DNA from: Candidatus Heimdallarchaeota archaeon
GTDB taxonomy: Archaea; Asgardarchaeota; Heimdallarchaeia; Heimdallarchaeales; Heimdallarchaeaceae
Direction of reading: 5' to 3'
Assembly (NCBI GenBank): GCA_019057815.1
Contig: JAHLWR010000019.1
Location: forward strand, 1 to 64,000
Length of the DNA: 64,000 bases
Below, in pieces: positions 40,601 to 50,156 of the stretch. The position numbers were made by a program, and so were the translations under genes. The notes beneath the pieces were generated by a model, which saw only the letters and a list, made by a program, of their open reading frames with translations, did no database searches and was not told the DNA's origin. Every line of letters begins with the position of its first letter. Positions within the stretch are counted from its first letter, which is position 1.

Positions 40601-42321
40601 ACAGATTTAATAATAACAGAATCAGGTTGAACATCATCGTTAAATTGTACTATCCTAGATTCAATAGTTATTTTGTCCAAATAAGAACTAGGAAGTAAAG
40701 ATGAGTATTTGTCATAAGTAAGCGTTGCTATGTCAAGGTTTGAACTATCCGGAGAGTGATCGATTTTGTATCTTCTGTATCTATCGAAAGGACTATTAAC
40801 AATAAAATAATCTTCGGCAATAGTGATTGTTTCTTTTGATATCCATTGTTCACCAAAAGAACGGATCTCGAAGGAACATGTATCCCTCCAACCGCCAACG
40901 AGTACATCCAATGAAGCTGTTAGTGTAAGTTCTGTATTGAAAGCAGGGTCTATGCTGAGATCGTAATCTGTTTTACTATGAATACGATGTACATATTCAG
41001 GATAGGAAAATGTACCAATCTCACCAAAAGTATGTAGGATTTCGTCCATCCATGAGGTAGTAATTGATGTTTCATGGACGTTTGAACCCGGTTTGTAGAC
41101 ATCATAATTGAGTTCTATATAAGAATAGCGAATATAATCTTGATAGTTAGGTGTAGTATTTTCGAAAATTCCATTCCAATAGTCTAAATACTCCCCATAA
41201 CCCTTCACTGTAGTATCTGTTTCACAGAAAGCATCAATATCCCAACTTTCTGAACGATAGTCTGTTCCCAGAGTTGGAGAGAAATAGAATTGTACTGTTG
41301 TTGTATCATTATCTTTTAAATCCAGAACCAAGTAATAATTTTCTGTAGAAAAGAAAATAGGCTCGTCAGTATCACTTTGAACAACAGTTAATACCCTTTG
41401 TGAACGAGTGTTGTACCACTTGCTAAGTGGTGCAGACATGTAATGTATAAATTCATCTACTAAATAGCCCAAAGTGTAACTAAAACTAATTGATTCAATG
41501 TAAGAGTAATTATTAGGGTCATAATACCAGTAATCATCATCTGAAAATTCATTAACTCCTAATTCAATACCAAACCAAGGATTAGTATTTTCGCCAGTAC
41601 TTGGAAAATTGGTTTGGAAGTGATATATATTATTTTGACCTATAGCGTTTTCAATTGTATAAGGGCTACGCTGATTCATCCAACTCATTAAATCATTAGG
41701 ACTGATTAAATTAAATCCTTCATTACTCCCATCACCAAAAGATATTTTATAAGTATGGTTGGCATTAAGGGTAATGTCTTGAGCACAATATAAAAACGAT
41801 TTTCCATTGAAGTCATATAGCGGAAAATCAGGTAATAATAACGTAGTATATGTTTGATGGGGCTCATCTAGGAACAAGGGATAGGCATTAGTATCATCAT
41901 AAAAGTCTGGATCTGGAGCATTATAACTAGAGTTTATCCAGTAATAATATGTATAATAATCATTGGTATTTTGCCCCATTTTAAAAGTCTTTAAACGACC
42001 TTCATTAACATAGAAACTGTCTGCTACAGAGAAATAATAAGGGTAAATATGGAAATCATAACTTGTGTAATCCCAATACCAAGATTCCCAAGTACCATCA
42101 TCTTTGTTATAATCCTGAGTTGCAGCAATGCAAAACTTTCCTTCTCCTATAGTGTCAAAATAATTTGTTGTCATATTATTTTGTGATTCAAAGTCATTAT
42201 AATAATAGTCGTCAATATAGTCATGCTCTTGAAATATAAGATTCTGAACTACATTCAGATAAATCGTTCCCAGAAAAGTCATACCTAATTTGGTAAAGTT
42301 TAAGATAATCGATTGTAGCAC
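34621..42321 (-). CDS. C-terminal part of a giant Ig-like/CBM-like repeat surface protein with C-terminal TM anchor
   Basis: Repeated D-x-x-x-P..D-x-SG..Y..D-x-x-GN Ig-like units, WDFDEDLDGW..VDDIRL lectin-like unit, TM IVLPVVIVGLSLCIIVSVIF plus basic tail; no signal peptide of its own. Confidence 0.8.
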   Translation of the reverse strand: MLQSIILNFTKLGMTFLGTIYLNVVQNLIFQEHDYIDDYYYNDFESQNNMTTNYFDTIGEGKFCIAATQDYNKDDGTWESWYWDYTSYDFHIYPYYFSVADSFYVNEGRLKTFKMGQNTNDYYTYYYWINSSYNAPDPDFYDDTNAYPLFLDEPHQTYTTLLLPDFPLYDFNGKSFLYCAQDITLNANHTYKISFGDGSNEGFNLISPNDLMSWMNQRSPYTIENAIGQNNIYHFQTNFPSTGENTNPWFGIELGVNEFSDDDYWYYDPNNYSYIESISFSYTLGYLVDEFIHYMSAPLSKWYNTRSQRVLTVVQSDTDEPIFFSTENYYLVLDLKDNDTTTVQFYFSPTLGTDYRSESWDIDAFCETDTTVKGYGEYLDYWNGIFENTTPNYQDYIRYSYIELNYDVYKPGSNVHETSITTSWMDEILHTFGEIGTFSYPEYVHRIHSKTDYDLSIDPAFNTELTLTASLDVLVGGWRDTCSFEIRSFGEQWISKETITIAEDYFIVNSPFDRYRRYKIDHSPDSSNLDIATLTYDKYSSLLPSSYLDKITIESRIVQFNDDVQPDSVIIKSVTIYDILDNEYLIYDSSTPYYFVDEYYRTLEFSIKDILPESIFSFKKLIVTYESNCVNSTSYWLEIDDIEFIFRNDYDPESKFMIDIYGPELQDSTLTNFISTTNSPDTFTFEGTLYDFTGVEQADFYYMRDWTNWDEWYDTLYDGNHYSAMIDNTDPDWILFGTIYNQNTFSFSNIPSVDEPYTISRLFIKIITVDTLGNGGEGEEIIEFYWVEDVEEPLLAEINTHTEYNYDTQNIDFQINLKDWSGIDETIGVGLWIYVAYGTETEPSTSYYFPMSMVAGGNEYNGIYGVSVTNTDIDWYTDGFLTYHYVYSDIYGNMGTFSNVTVDLTDGIDPYVYSNDINHIYPSSINPGYSFDVILRARDEFSNPVTIQMSYYVYDESAGTTSYQSGTINMDYDSYWNIIEGETYRGFVYTITPTECGGYEYNDQIVITFLIRDAQGNLLTLSGHYILWVVDTIAPVYADIDLPNGLGNDQSYLVQVATEDNLGGSGIERAYIYYSQDNISWFDHQMTFVLEFNGVSHFDSYIAQSYLDAGLDLYYYTVVYDNKNNAYTSEIFFYDIPDKIAPSISSTELKPSKAWDWEDVSLGWDGMGMTKTVDNDYIHLVSVGGTWRCVEVDLQSNPFSTEYYSQLSFRYRIPQKVSNSINRIRILFYIEPFGATSDSYWFNINDDGDWHTVTTTLNTDKTYCYIRLYITNTTEGSTPYSMNGDTIDIDFFEILPNVSNDDVGYLDNGYINTVITTNGEDPSSVVFRYTINGGGTITFTMTLNDETGKYEVIIPQYYYEYVINGEIRATSSGGTVNAYNLDFTIIDNVKPIITISSISVFKESCDGTITIDIDEIDPTINQLTHDGVNVRHKLLGDSPPWSFADIPESPGTHFTATILGGTYVTDDVIEVIISVGDNNGNAGSKIIYIIVMENVAPTVQSVNAPDSAWDVAIPVEITLNDLTGVDANTVQFKHKTPSGAWTSYVTMSTSDNVVFSSTINDDDHVDVYTIQCYVIFSDTLGNPGSHTFYVESLDLYAPNQPTLNNPPDYVDINNNAEDTSATIKVSSIDNGPTGDYYCSSGEYRYKEISDYATNYLNDPWDFDEDLDGWDSSFYSSRSSTGGNLELTVDSSGTRYYYGVYNYLTSPIDMLNSGYNLFKIKVKITELPIGATACRLSVGIASNPSNFWASDTWRYSGWTITQINTWYEFEYYFDSFHADTDATDINLLRIQLQSNDASKYFSPNSAKFMVDDIRLINENSVGWSSWQSLSFYSDNELAFILQDFDEIYLGDTINYEVKMYDNSNNPSAVTSGTLAIDDHYAPGISSYYIVDDYGDNGDLPVSATIISTGYDILAVSFDYYTTDPNSRTYLTVTQNGNSFSATIPNSAMNLGDTIHCRWVASDNRPISSNFNYVTQVVEIIFDETGPEVVSLSHNGGTDNIIQYDETLEVYVTISDSTEIDEIASAKIYIKPHYSSTWTYLGWMTQHPFLYQNFDMTLPSSAFTWQPNGDAYRWYDIKIDAKDSNYNWGTHIVENFIKIDDYQDPIYQTYSISDSTIYEDETFWLYFDFVDSEESMGSSGMDYVQLKYQTKAEGESTWSDWVYYSGTMDVEDSNTWKKNVGAWTDLGGGQVRFQAKGWDKANNNVFSSTVTVDIIGFDTTPPSVTSYGKSGVPEVGTAVTVYAYVSEPDSPLTVEVEWYVNGQSHQTNTMIHGSGTYYHYDYVMAWVVAGVRTYYRIIATSDGGTTTTAYKYFTSEGGFQWLLKEQRLLDWSFDKITHEFSTAFELPVIDYYVMLNIKESTGEYLQYPLLSNTQELDKASAIIDLLYKEEIEFYISVFNDYHKIYSSDVYNYEIGDIYYPEILEVNIPQLVNISDQIDVNAIIKEKNVNDVQLEFLREDDNKVLEVYKDKTMRLKDGKYYVSFKAKDFPGYCLRIKVSDTSGHETVSKIYYLYTLNNGSNDNTIVLPVVIVGLSLCIIVSVIFRSKLRIGKTFSLKSIKNSNFSWRMK

Positions 42322-45300
42322 AGAAATTATCGTAATATTCAGGATAAATTCTCAATTCTATTCCCCAGAATTCTTCAGGACGAGAAAGGGAAGAATAATA
42401 AGTGCCATTACTGTTTATGTCATTAATTAGAATGGACCAAACAGCGTCAGGACTATATTCATAATCTGTAAATTGAGTTGGAACTGATTCATCATACGAA
42501 TGGTCATAAGCCATATTAATATAATTTGGACCATTCCAAGCATAATAATTTAGAGCTACAACATCTATTTTACAATTTGTTACTTCTGAGAACATAATTT
42601 TGAAAAATGGCATAGCTTTTGAGAAACTTAGAGGAATACGAACTTTAATACATCTTTCTGAATTAGGTAAATCATTTACATCATAATTATACGTGTCAGA
42701 ATTTGTATAATCATCAACCTTAAAACCCTCATCATGATATCCTGGTCCATCCTCCAAATAGGGTCCATCTGTGTCTGAGATTTTAAGAAATCCATCCCTA
42801 GCTATTGCATTACTATCCCATTCACCGCATTCTGGATTATTCATATCAAAGCCTGAATAGGGGTTTTTACTCATCAAAAATTGGTTTAAAGGTTGTTTGA
42901 TAAGATAGTTGCCAAGATCATATTCACCATACTGCCCATTGCCACCGTAATAGAGAGGATTAAGTGTCCATAATTCTTGCTCTGTTTCACTCCATGATTC
43001 TCCTGTTGCATCAAATAATATATCATAAGCATCTCTTCCGTTATCAAATTCTAATTTTTCTACATTTAAAGTATATATAACTTCTTCATTTGATTTATCA
43101 AAATCATAAGCGTAAATAGCTGCAGTATGTCTTCCTACTTGATCTCCATACTCGTAGTTAGAGATACGATAAGGTGTATAAAGTAAATCGTAAAAGTGAT
43201 CCCAAGCGGGTTCAAATGTAGTGTCACACCCTGGTGGATAATCGATGTCCCACAAATCTACTCCATAACCTTCAAAATCCTCAAAGCCTTCAAGAGTACC
43301 ATCTCTCCTCCAAGTACCTGGAATCGGAGTAATACCATCATCCATATAAACTATAGCAGGAATACCATCACTAAGAATTAAGGATACATCATCATTGGGA
43401 TATTCACTGAAATCCTCAATTAATAATGCTTGTCTTGATTCAAAATGTTCGATGACTCCAACATCAAAAGTGTTTCCACCGTAGTCACCAGCTATTTTAG
43501 TAGGTAGAGTTGCTCCACTCCTACTATCAATTTGCAAATTCCAATATTCATCCATGAAATAGATGTAATAATCAATAACGTTTCCAATATCAATTTCGTT
43601 AGTATCAAAATCAAGTGTTACGTCAAAATGATAAACTGTTAACTCACCAAGAGGTTCAGTTGAAGTTAAAAATGTAGGATTAGCGTCATACGAACAGAAA
43701 TATTTCAAATCCCAAGAATAAGAGTTAGTCCAAGGTTCAAGCAACATACTATTGTAAATACCATAATAAACATACCCTTCAACATCACTTCTATCAATTA
43801 AATTGAAAGATATAGAAGCTGTAAAAGTGGGAGGAGAGAGTATTTCGACATCTACTTCCTCACTAATGAGGGGTTTATCACCATCAACAAGAGTGATTAA
43901 TAGCGATTGTTCGAGAGGATATGATTTTTCATTTACTTCATCATATACATCTACAATTACCAGTTTAAATGTCATATCCTTTTCTGGTGACCAGTAATTA
44001 TCCGAACTTGGTCTTGTAATAACAAAAGTGTAATTATAGGTATTTCCTTCATGCCAATATCTATCCCAATCGATCCTTCCAGGATAATCTTTATCTTCAA
44101 TTGTTCCTACTAAGGATATCGATTGAATCATAGAATGATCTCTAACTGTTAACCTAATTTCTATGTCTTGATTATATCTAGCATGAATGTTATCGGGTTC
44201 ATAATTTAAAACTGTAAAGGAATTTGTATCATATTCTGGTGGTGTAATATCTTGAATTATTATTGTTCTAACACTTGAAGTTATTTTATTTCCTTCTCCA
44301 TCTTCTATAATTGCGTACCAATAAAGATATCCCGCAACATAGAGGTCATAGCCATAAATTGTTAGAGAATAGTTATTATTAACTGTAGGTTCGAGTAAAA
44401 GAACGTTTTCTTCTCCTTCCCACATAGCGCTTTGAGACGTATCCAAAGGATTAGTCCAACAAATCGATACGCTTTTTATACCTGAATGTTCATCAGATAC
44501 TAAATCTACTTGTAAGTCTACTTGTGTATCAATATTTATAGTAGTGGCTGTTTCATTAACAATAAAGGTAGGCAAAACTGTTTCAGAAACAAATACAGAA
44601 TGAAGGTTTGATTGTTTAATATTATTGAATGTGTCACTTGCTGAGACATAATATTCTATTGTCATATTATAGTTGAAAGAAGTTAAAGAGAAATTATCGG
44701 GATATAAATGGTAATAGAATTCACTAGTAGTGATATTTATCATAGAAATAGGAGTTTCAGAAAATGGTTTGTCGGGATCAAAAATTTCATCATCATCAAA
44801 ATATCTATAATAAAGTAGAGGGATGTTGATTTCACTATTATCATTGACTAAACATCCAACGGGAATATATTCATCAGTAAAATCTATTCCGTAAACATCA
44901 TTTACAGATAAAGTTGGTGGAAGACCATCAACAACAGTTAAGATAAGATTACCATACTCTGATACTTTATTGGTATAAACTGTTTGACGATAATCTGTAA
45001 GCGAGAGATAACAGTCGATTGTAGTATCTTGTCCAATAGGTAGATAATTTCCGTGATAAACAGCATAATCGTTGTCGGTAGAATAACCTGTTTTTTGCAA
45101 TCTGATTTTATCTATAATTAATGTGTCAGAATCAAACAGACCACTATAACAAGTGAATTCCAGCCATATTTTTTTAGTGTTTTGAATATTAGAATTTGTA
45201 ATATTAAGGTCATGGATGTTTATAGTATTAAAGGAATTTTTTTGAAGTAACTCATCTCCTGTCCAAGCATAATCTCCTCCTATACTATCTTTTATTCCTG

Positions 45301-46876
45301 TAAATAAAATAGTATTTTGAGTAACAGCTTTCCACGTGAAAGCAAAATTATTATACAGTTCAAAATTAACATAATCTTTTAGATCAATACCAATGTAAGC
45401 AATATTAGTATTATCAAAAGTTAGTTCAATGTAACTATCTGTTCCTGTATTATTCCATTTTACCCAATTGATATAACTTTCTTCTAGATACAATCCATCA
45501 AAAGTGCTATCATATAGAAGTTCATTATCATATTCCATATTTTCACAGAAACTTATACCATCATCACCATATTCACCAATATAATTCAAATAATCAGTAT
45601 CATCTCTTAATAATGATACTCCATGAGTACCATAGTTGTCTTCAAACCAAGCTGTTACATGATAGGTACGAATATTATCGTAAACATAAGCTTCAATATT
45701 AGCTGTGTCTTCTTTGTTATATTTTAGTTCTGTTTCTTCATTCGTAAAGAGAAGGTGATTAGAGACTATGGATGAAGGAATTTCATCAAAAACAGAGAAT
45801 AAATATTTTTTAACTAAAGTTGTATCTGTTTGTCCATCACCATCTGAATCATAGATAATGTTCAGCTGTACTTCTAGTGTTCCCCTTTGATGAGTAGGAG
45901 CCATATATCCTTCAAATAAATATTTATTATTTCTCTCCCAAATAGTACCAGTACGACATTGTATTGAGTTAATATAACAAGGGGCATAAACACTCATTTC
46001 TAATATTGATTCTTTATAAAATATTTCCGCGTATATTGTTACACCATCTTCTGTTGTAGGAACAGAGGGACTCAAGTAAACATTATTGACAAAAGGTTCA
46101 TTACCTATAACTTTTATTTCTTCAACTCTCGTATAACCTGTCTGATCGTGTTCGTCTGTAGCATTAACCCAATAATAGATAATATCATCAATACTCGCAT
46201 CTAGAGATTCAGGAGAAGGAATCTCAAAAATACAATTAATCATATCTTGTTCTTCAAAAAATGTTGGAGATTTAGATGCTGTGGCTATATCACCGAAGTT
46301 AATCCTATAACTAAGGTGGATGTCGACTTCACCACCATTGATATAGTTAATATCGTCTGCATCATAAATAGAGTAGTTAAATGAGATAGATGTTATCTGA
46401 TCATATGTAACAAAAGACGGATTTTCATCATTAGAGTCTATTCTTGGTTCTCCATCTTCAGCTACACGATAATAATATCTCAACGAAGTAGTGGAAGCGT
46501 TATATTCTCCAGCATCATATAATTCTACAACATAACTTACAACCGTTCCAACTTCTTTTTTTGGTATCACTCCCCAATAAACTGCTCCTTGCGACCAAAA
46601 AGCTGTAATATATTTCATTGGAACAACAGTTGTTATACCGCTTACGTCATAGAGTAAACTGACTGAACTAATTCCATCTGTGCTGTTTGCGTCAACGAAC
46701 ACAGTAACGTTGTCGAACTGGTTTGGATGCGCATGTGAACGCCAAACATCTATAACATTTGGACCATAAACTGTATCTGCTGAAACATTTATAGCTGTTG
46801 AAATTATTGGGGCTATAAAAAGCCATAAAATTACTGAAAAAACTAGTTTTTGATTGATTGTATTTTTTCTTTTCAT
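42221..46876 (-). CDS. N-terminal part of the same giant Ig-repeat protein (joined length about 4080 aa)
   Basis: Signal peptide, AAGGAG SD, same Ig-like units, no anchor; 101-bp out-of-frame overlap with the next ORF. Confidence 0.8.
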   Translation of the reverse strand: MKRKNTINQKLVFSVILWLFIAPIISTAINVSADTVYGPNVIDVWRSHAHPNQFDNVTVFVDANSTDGISSVSLLYDVSGITTVVPMKYITAFWSQGAVYWGVIPKKEVGTVVSYVVELYDAGEYNASTTSLRYYYRVAEDGEPRIDSNDENPSFVTYDQITSISFNYSIYDADDINYINGGEVDIHLSYRINFGDIATASKSPTFFEEQDMINCIFEIPSPESLDASIDDIIYYWVNATDEHDQTGYTRVEEIKVIGNEPFVNNVYLSPSVPTTEDGVTIYAEIFYKESILEMSVYAPCYINSIQCRTGTIWERNNKYLFEGYMAPTHQRGTLEVQLNIIYDSDGDGQTDTTLVKKYLFSVFDEIPSSIVSNHLLFTNEETELKYNKEDTANIEAYVYDNIRTYHVTAWFEDNYGTHGVSLLRDDTDYLNYIGEYGDDGISFCENMEYDNELLYDSTFDGLYLEESYINWVKWNNTGTDSYIELTFDNTNIAYIGIDLKDYVNFELYNNFAFTWKAVTQNTILFTGIKDSIGGDYAWTGDELLQKNSFNTINIHDLNITNSNIQNTKKIWLEFTCYSGLFDSDTLIIDKIRLQKTGYSTDNDYAVYHGNYLPIGQDTTIDCYLSLTDYRQTVYTNKVSEYGNLILTVVDGLPPTLSVNDVYGIDFTDEYIPVGCLVNDNSEINIPLLYYRYFDDDEIFDPDKPFSETPISMINITTSEFYYHLYPDNFSLTSFNYNMTIEYYVSASDTFNNIKQSNLHSVFVSETVLPTFIVNETATTINIDTQVDLQVDLVSDEHSGIKSVSICWTNPLDTSQSAMWEGEENVLLLEPTVNNNYSLTIYGYDLYVAGYLYWYAIIEDGEGNKITSSVRTIIIQDITPPEYDTNSFTVLNYEPDNIHARYNQDIEIRLTVRDHSMIQSISLVGTIEDKDYPGRIDWDRYWHEGNTYNYTFVITRPSSDNYWSPEKDMTFKLVIVDVYDEVNEKSYPLEQSLLITLVDGDKPLISEEVDVEILSPPTFTASISFNLIDRSDVEGYVYYGIYNSMLLEPWTNSYSWDLKYFCSYDANPTFLTSTEPLGELTVYHFDVTLDFDTNEIDIGNVIDYYIYFMDEYWNLQIDSRSGATLPTKIAGDYGGNTFDVGVIEHFESRQALLIEDFSEYPNDDVSLILSDGIPAIVYMDDGITPIPGTWRRDGTLEGFEDFEGYGVDLWDIDYPPGCDTTFEPAWDHFYDLLYTPYRISNYEYGDQVGRHTAAIYAYDFDKSNEEVIYTLNVEKLEFDNGRDAYDILFDATGESWSETEQELWTLNPLYYGGNGQYGEYDLGNYLIKQPLNQFLMSKNPYSGFDMNNPECGEWDSNAIARDGFLKISDTDGPYLEDGPGYHDEGFKVDDYTNSDTYNYDVNDLPNSERCIKVRIPLSFSKAMPFFKIMFSEVTNCKIDVVALNYYAWNGPNYINMAYDHSYDESVPTQFTDYEYSPDAVWSILINDINSNGTYYSSLSRPEEFWGIELRIYPEYYDNFCATIDYLKLYQIRYDFSGNDLSECSSESYISRA

Positions 46877-46889
46877 TTTCTTTTTCTCC

Positions 46890-49604
46890 TTATTTTTTCT
46901 TTCTTATTCTTATAACCATACTAACTGTGAAAATGACAAGTATCGCTGATGCTACACTTATTCCTATAATCATTCCTTGATTCCCTCCTCCGTTATCTGT
47001 TGGCTGAGTGCTATTTGTTGTATCAGTAGTTGTAGTCGAAATTGTTTCAGTAGTTGTTGTCGTAGTTTCATGTTGAAGGTTGAACATTCTTTCTAAGGTT
47101 GTCGTTCGATTGAATTCATCTGTTACTTCAACAGATATTTGGATAGACTCTTTTTCTTCGTAGTCTGCTGGATCAAGCATAAATTCGTAGATATATTCTA
47201 CATTATTGGGTTCTGTTTCAAAGTAAGTTTGTTCATCAACTTCTAAAACAAATTTCCTTATGTTGTTTCCATCTTCGCAAGTGAAAAAGATTGTTGTTTG
47301 TTCCGAGAATGTCTCATCATTAGGTTCTGAACAGTTTATTATTGGTGGATCAACATCGTTTTTCCAAGTGTAAACTATGTATTCACATTCATACCATGGT
47401 TCTGTAGTAAAGTTGAATATTAGTGTGTGTTCTCCATCCTCTATTTCAGTGATATAATACTCTCCTGGTTTAGATTTATATTTCTCAATACTTTGTCCAT
47501 CCATAGTTATAGAGAGGTAACCATTACGGAAATCCACGTCTATATTCAGGTTAGGACTTACTCTTGTAGGTTCATAGATTAAAAGATCTCTGATTACAAA
47601 GATGGGTTCAAGTGTTGTATATACTGACATTGTAAGGTCAACATGAGTATCGTCTTCTAAGTATCGAACAATGATAAAGACATCCTTCCCATTTCCCACC
47701 ATACCTGTGAGTCCTACTGCTCCCCAGTTCCCCCCATTTATTGTTGTTTCTTCATCTTCTAAATAACTTACACTATAACAAGGATCTTCAAAGAATGCCC
47801 ATACATGTATAGAATTAGTAGCTGTCCAATTAAGAGTATAATGAAATTCTTCATAAGTTTTAAATTTGTAGACTTTGGTAAGTTGCTCATTTAAACTTAT
47901 ATCACAAGCAAAATCTGTTCGTTCGTCGATAAATGGTCGGAAACTTATCTCTTCGGGTTCAGAATAGTAAAAGTCTCCATAGCCTTGTGCGCTGTCAGGA
48001 TTATGATATGTTCGTTCTGGAATACCATACCAATTAATATCTGGAAGGTATTCGTAATCTACAAATTCAACGGTATTCATTATTATTTGATTTTTTATCC
48101 TTACAACGTTATACCAATCCCATTCCCAATCATAGTTGTTAGTAAATGATAAAGCTACTCCTGATATTAACGCTGCTGAGAAACTTGTCCCTACACCAGA
48201 AGTCAAACTATCATTTAAACTGCTATTAGCACAAGTTATCTGGGGGTTAGCTATAATTCCTTCATCAGTGTTGATATAATATGATCCTCCAGGTGCTAAA
48301 AGTTCGGGTTTTATCCATACACTATATCTACATGAGTAGGTTGTTAGTTGGTGATAAGCGTTATACGCTCCTACTGTTATAGCTTTTCGACTAAGTCCAG
48401 GAGATGCTATTTGTATGTTTGGTCCATTGTTTCCTGCTGCTGCTATTACACATAAACCATTTTCGCATAATTCATTTACTGCATCAGTTACTTCTGAAAC
48501 ATAAACATCCCATGCAAAAGACAAATTAACTGTTGTAACATTATATTCTTCTTTTATACCTAAAAGATAGTCACAAGCGTCTAAGAAGGTCGATGTTGTC
48601 CCTATACCTTCATCGTCCAGAACTTTCAATATGACCATATTAGCTAGTGGTACTATTCCATGATAAGGTGAATAACTGTCACTTGTCACTGTGCTGTTAA
48701 TCGTTAAAGGTTCATCAGAGAGGATTTTAGTCAATGAAACGTTGAACATACCGAAAAAGCTTATATTGTGAGGTGAAGTGTAAGTTATATTCTGTTCCTC
48801 TCCACTGAAAACTAAATCTGTAGCAAGGACATGTTTGGTTATACTCCCATTTCTATATAATTCTATGAAACTTACAGTTGCTAAAGCGTTAGTCATATTA
48901 TAAATTGTAAATGTTGCTGATTCGTCTTCTAGCAGTTTTAGACCATCAAATTGTTTGAATAAATCATCATTATCGTTTCTTTCTATCCACTTGTATTCTA
49001 ACCCTTCAGTTTGTTTTCCTGCTATTATCGAAGCCATAGCTGTTCCATGACCAGAATAATCGCAAGGTTCATCGTAAAGATCTCCATAAGTGTCGTAATC
49101 TGCTCCTACAAAATCTTTCCAATCCAGTAATTGTTCTTGATCGAACATCAAGTGATTGATATTTATCCCACTATCCATTATACATACAGTGTGAGATCCT
49201 TTTTCAAACGAATTATCAGGTGAGATACCCATTAACTCTTGAGTACTGAGCATCTGAGCAGTCATCAACTGGTCTTTGTAGATTTTCAATCCTTTCAGAG
49301 TTAGCTCTTGTTCTGCTTTTTCGCTATCACTGACTCTATAGATTGTTAATCCCAGATTTCTCAAAACTTTTTGTCTTGTTAACCCTTCTATTTGTCCTTC
49401 TATTCCTTGAACGATTATTGTTTCTCTATCTTCTAGATTATATTCTTGGTTAGTGAACGGTGGTTGAACTGAATAATTCTTTTCACCTTCATTTTTCTCA
49501 ACGCCAAAGGAATAGATCGATTCTACTTTACTGATAGAGGAACAACTTGAGAAAAGCAGTAGATTCACTAGTAATAATACATACAAACTGCTCTTTAATC
49601 TCAA
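46890..49604 (-). CDS. Membrane-anchored subtilisin-like S8 serine protease
   Basis: IMDSG (Asp), HGTAMA (His), AAAGN (oxyanion Asn), GTSFSA (Ser); signal peptide and prodomain; Ig-like domains, Thr linker, C-terminal TM plus RIRKKK. Confidence 0.92.
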   Translation of the reverse strand: MRLKSSLYVLLLVNLLLFSSCSSISKVESIYSFGVEKNEGEKNYSVQPPFTNQEYNLEDRETIIVQGIEGQIEGLTRQKVLRNLGLTIYRVSDSEKAEQELTLKGLKIYKDQLMTAQMLSTQELMGISPDNSFEKGSHTVCIMDSGININHLMFDQEQLLDWKDFVGADYDTYGDLYDEPCDYSGHGTAMASIIAGKQTEGLEYKWIERNDNDDLFKQFDGLKLLEDESATFTIYNMTNALATVSFIELYRNGSITKHVLATDLVFSGEEQNITYTSPHNISFFGMFNVSLTKILSDEPLTINSTVTSDSYSPYHGIVPLANMVILKVLDDEGIGTTSTFLDACDYLLGIKEEYNVTTVNLSFAWDVYVSEVTDAVNELCENGLCVIAAAGNNGPNIQIASPGLSRKAITVGAYNAYHQLTTYSCRYSVWIKPELLAPGGSYYINTDEGIIANPQITCANSSLNDSLTSGVGTSFSAALISGVALSFTNNYDWEWDWYNVVRIKNQIIMNTVEFVDYEYLPDINWYGIPERTYHNPDSAQGYGDFYYSEPEEISFRPFIDERTDFACDISLNEQLTKVYKFKTYEEFHYTLNWTATNSIHVWAFFEDPCYSVSYLEDEETTINGGNWGAVGLTGMVGNGKDVFIIVRYLEDDTHVDLTMSVYTTLEPIFVIRDLLIYEPTRVSPNLNIDVDFRNGYLSITMDGQSIEKYKSKPGEYYITEIEDGEHTLIFNFTTEPWYECEYIVYTWKNDVDPPIINCSEPNDETFSEQTTIFFTCEDGNNIRKFVLEVDEQTYFETEPNNVEYIYEFMLDPADYEEKESIQISVEVTDEFNRTTTLERMFNLQHETTTTTTETISTTTTDTTNSTQPTDNGGGNQGMIIGISVASAILVIFTVSMVIRIRKKK

Positions 49605-50152
49605 ATCGAATCACCATACCAATTAATTAACTCTGTAGCACAAGAATGTTGTCCACCTAAAAATGAACAAATGCTCAAGTGTTCTGTGTCCCCAACAAAT
49701 AGATTTAGGGAGAATGAAGGAAGGTTCATATTTTCTGATAACCTATTTATTACACCAAACCCTCCTTCCTTACACTCTTTTCCCTTTTCACGCATGTAGC
49801 AGGGGGAATAGTGGGGAGAGAAGAAATTGTAAAAATTAAAGAAACAGTCAATACCACATTCTTGCTCTTCCCAGAAATACACAGTTGACGTGAACTGTAC
49901 GAACTTAAAATTCTCAAAAAAGTTAAGTTGAAAATGTGTTCTTAAATAATTATAAAAGTTGCCATCAAACTGTTTTGAAACAATTTTGTTTTGAGTTTTC
50001 ATTGTTGTCATACTTCTTTGTTTGTAGGAAGATAGTTTGACGGAACCTTCGTTATAATTACTAGTTGAATAAAAAGTTTCATATTTAAAGGTGGTAAAAT
50101 TTTTTTCTTCCAAAAAACCCTCAGTATTTGTGTAAAAACTCTCTAAAAACAT
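49601..50152 (-). CDS. Hypothetical Cys/aromatic-rich cytoplasmic protein
   Basis: Lies between the MinD and protease genes (4-bp gap, 4-bp overlap) with an AAGGAG SD. Confidence 0.6.
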   Translation of the reverse strand: MFLESFYTNTEGFLEEKNFTTFKYETFYSTSNYNEGSVKLSSYKQRSMTTMKTQNKIVSKQFDGNFYNYLRTHFQLNFFENFKFVQFTSTVYFWEEQECGIDCFFNFYNFFSPHYSPCYMREKGKECKEGGFGVINRLSENMNLPSFSLNLFVGDTEHLSICSFLGGQHSCATELINWYGDSI

Positions 50153-50156
50153 CTTC

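Noticed and set aside
18926-44000. Numerous short ORFs inside the giant genes
   Set aside because: Antisense or alternate-frame shadows of long coding sequences, with no motifs
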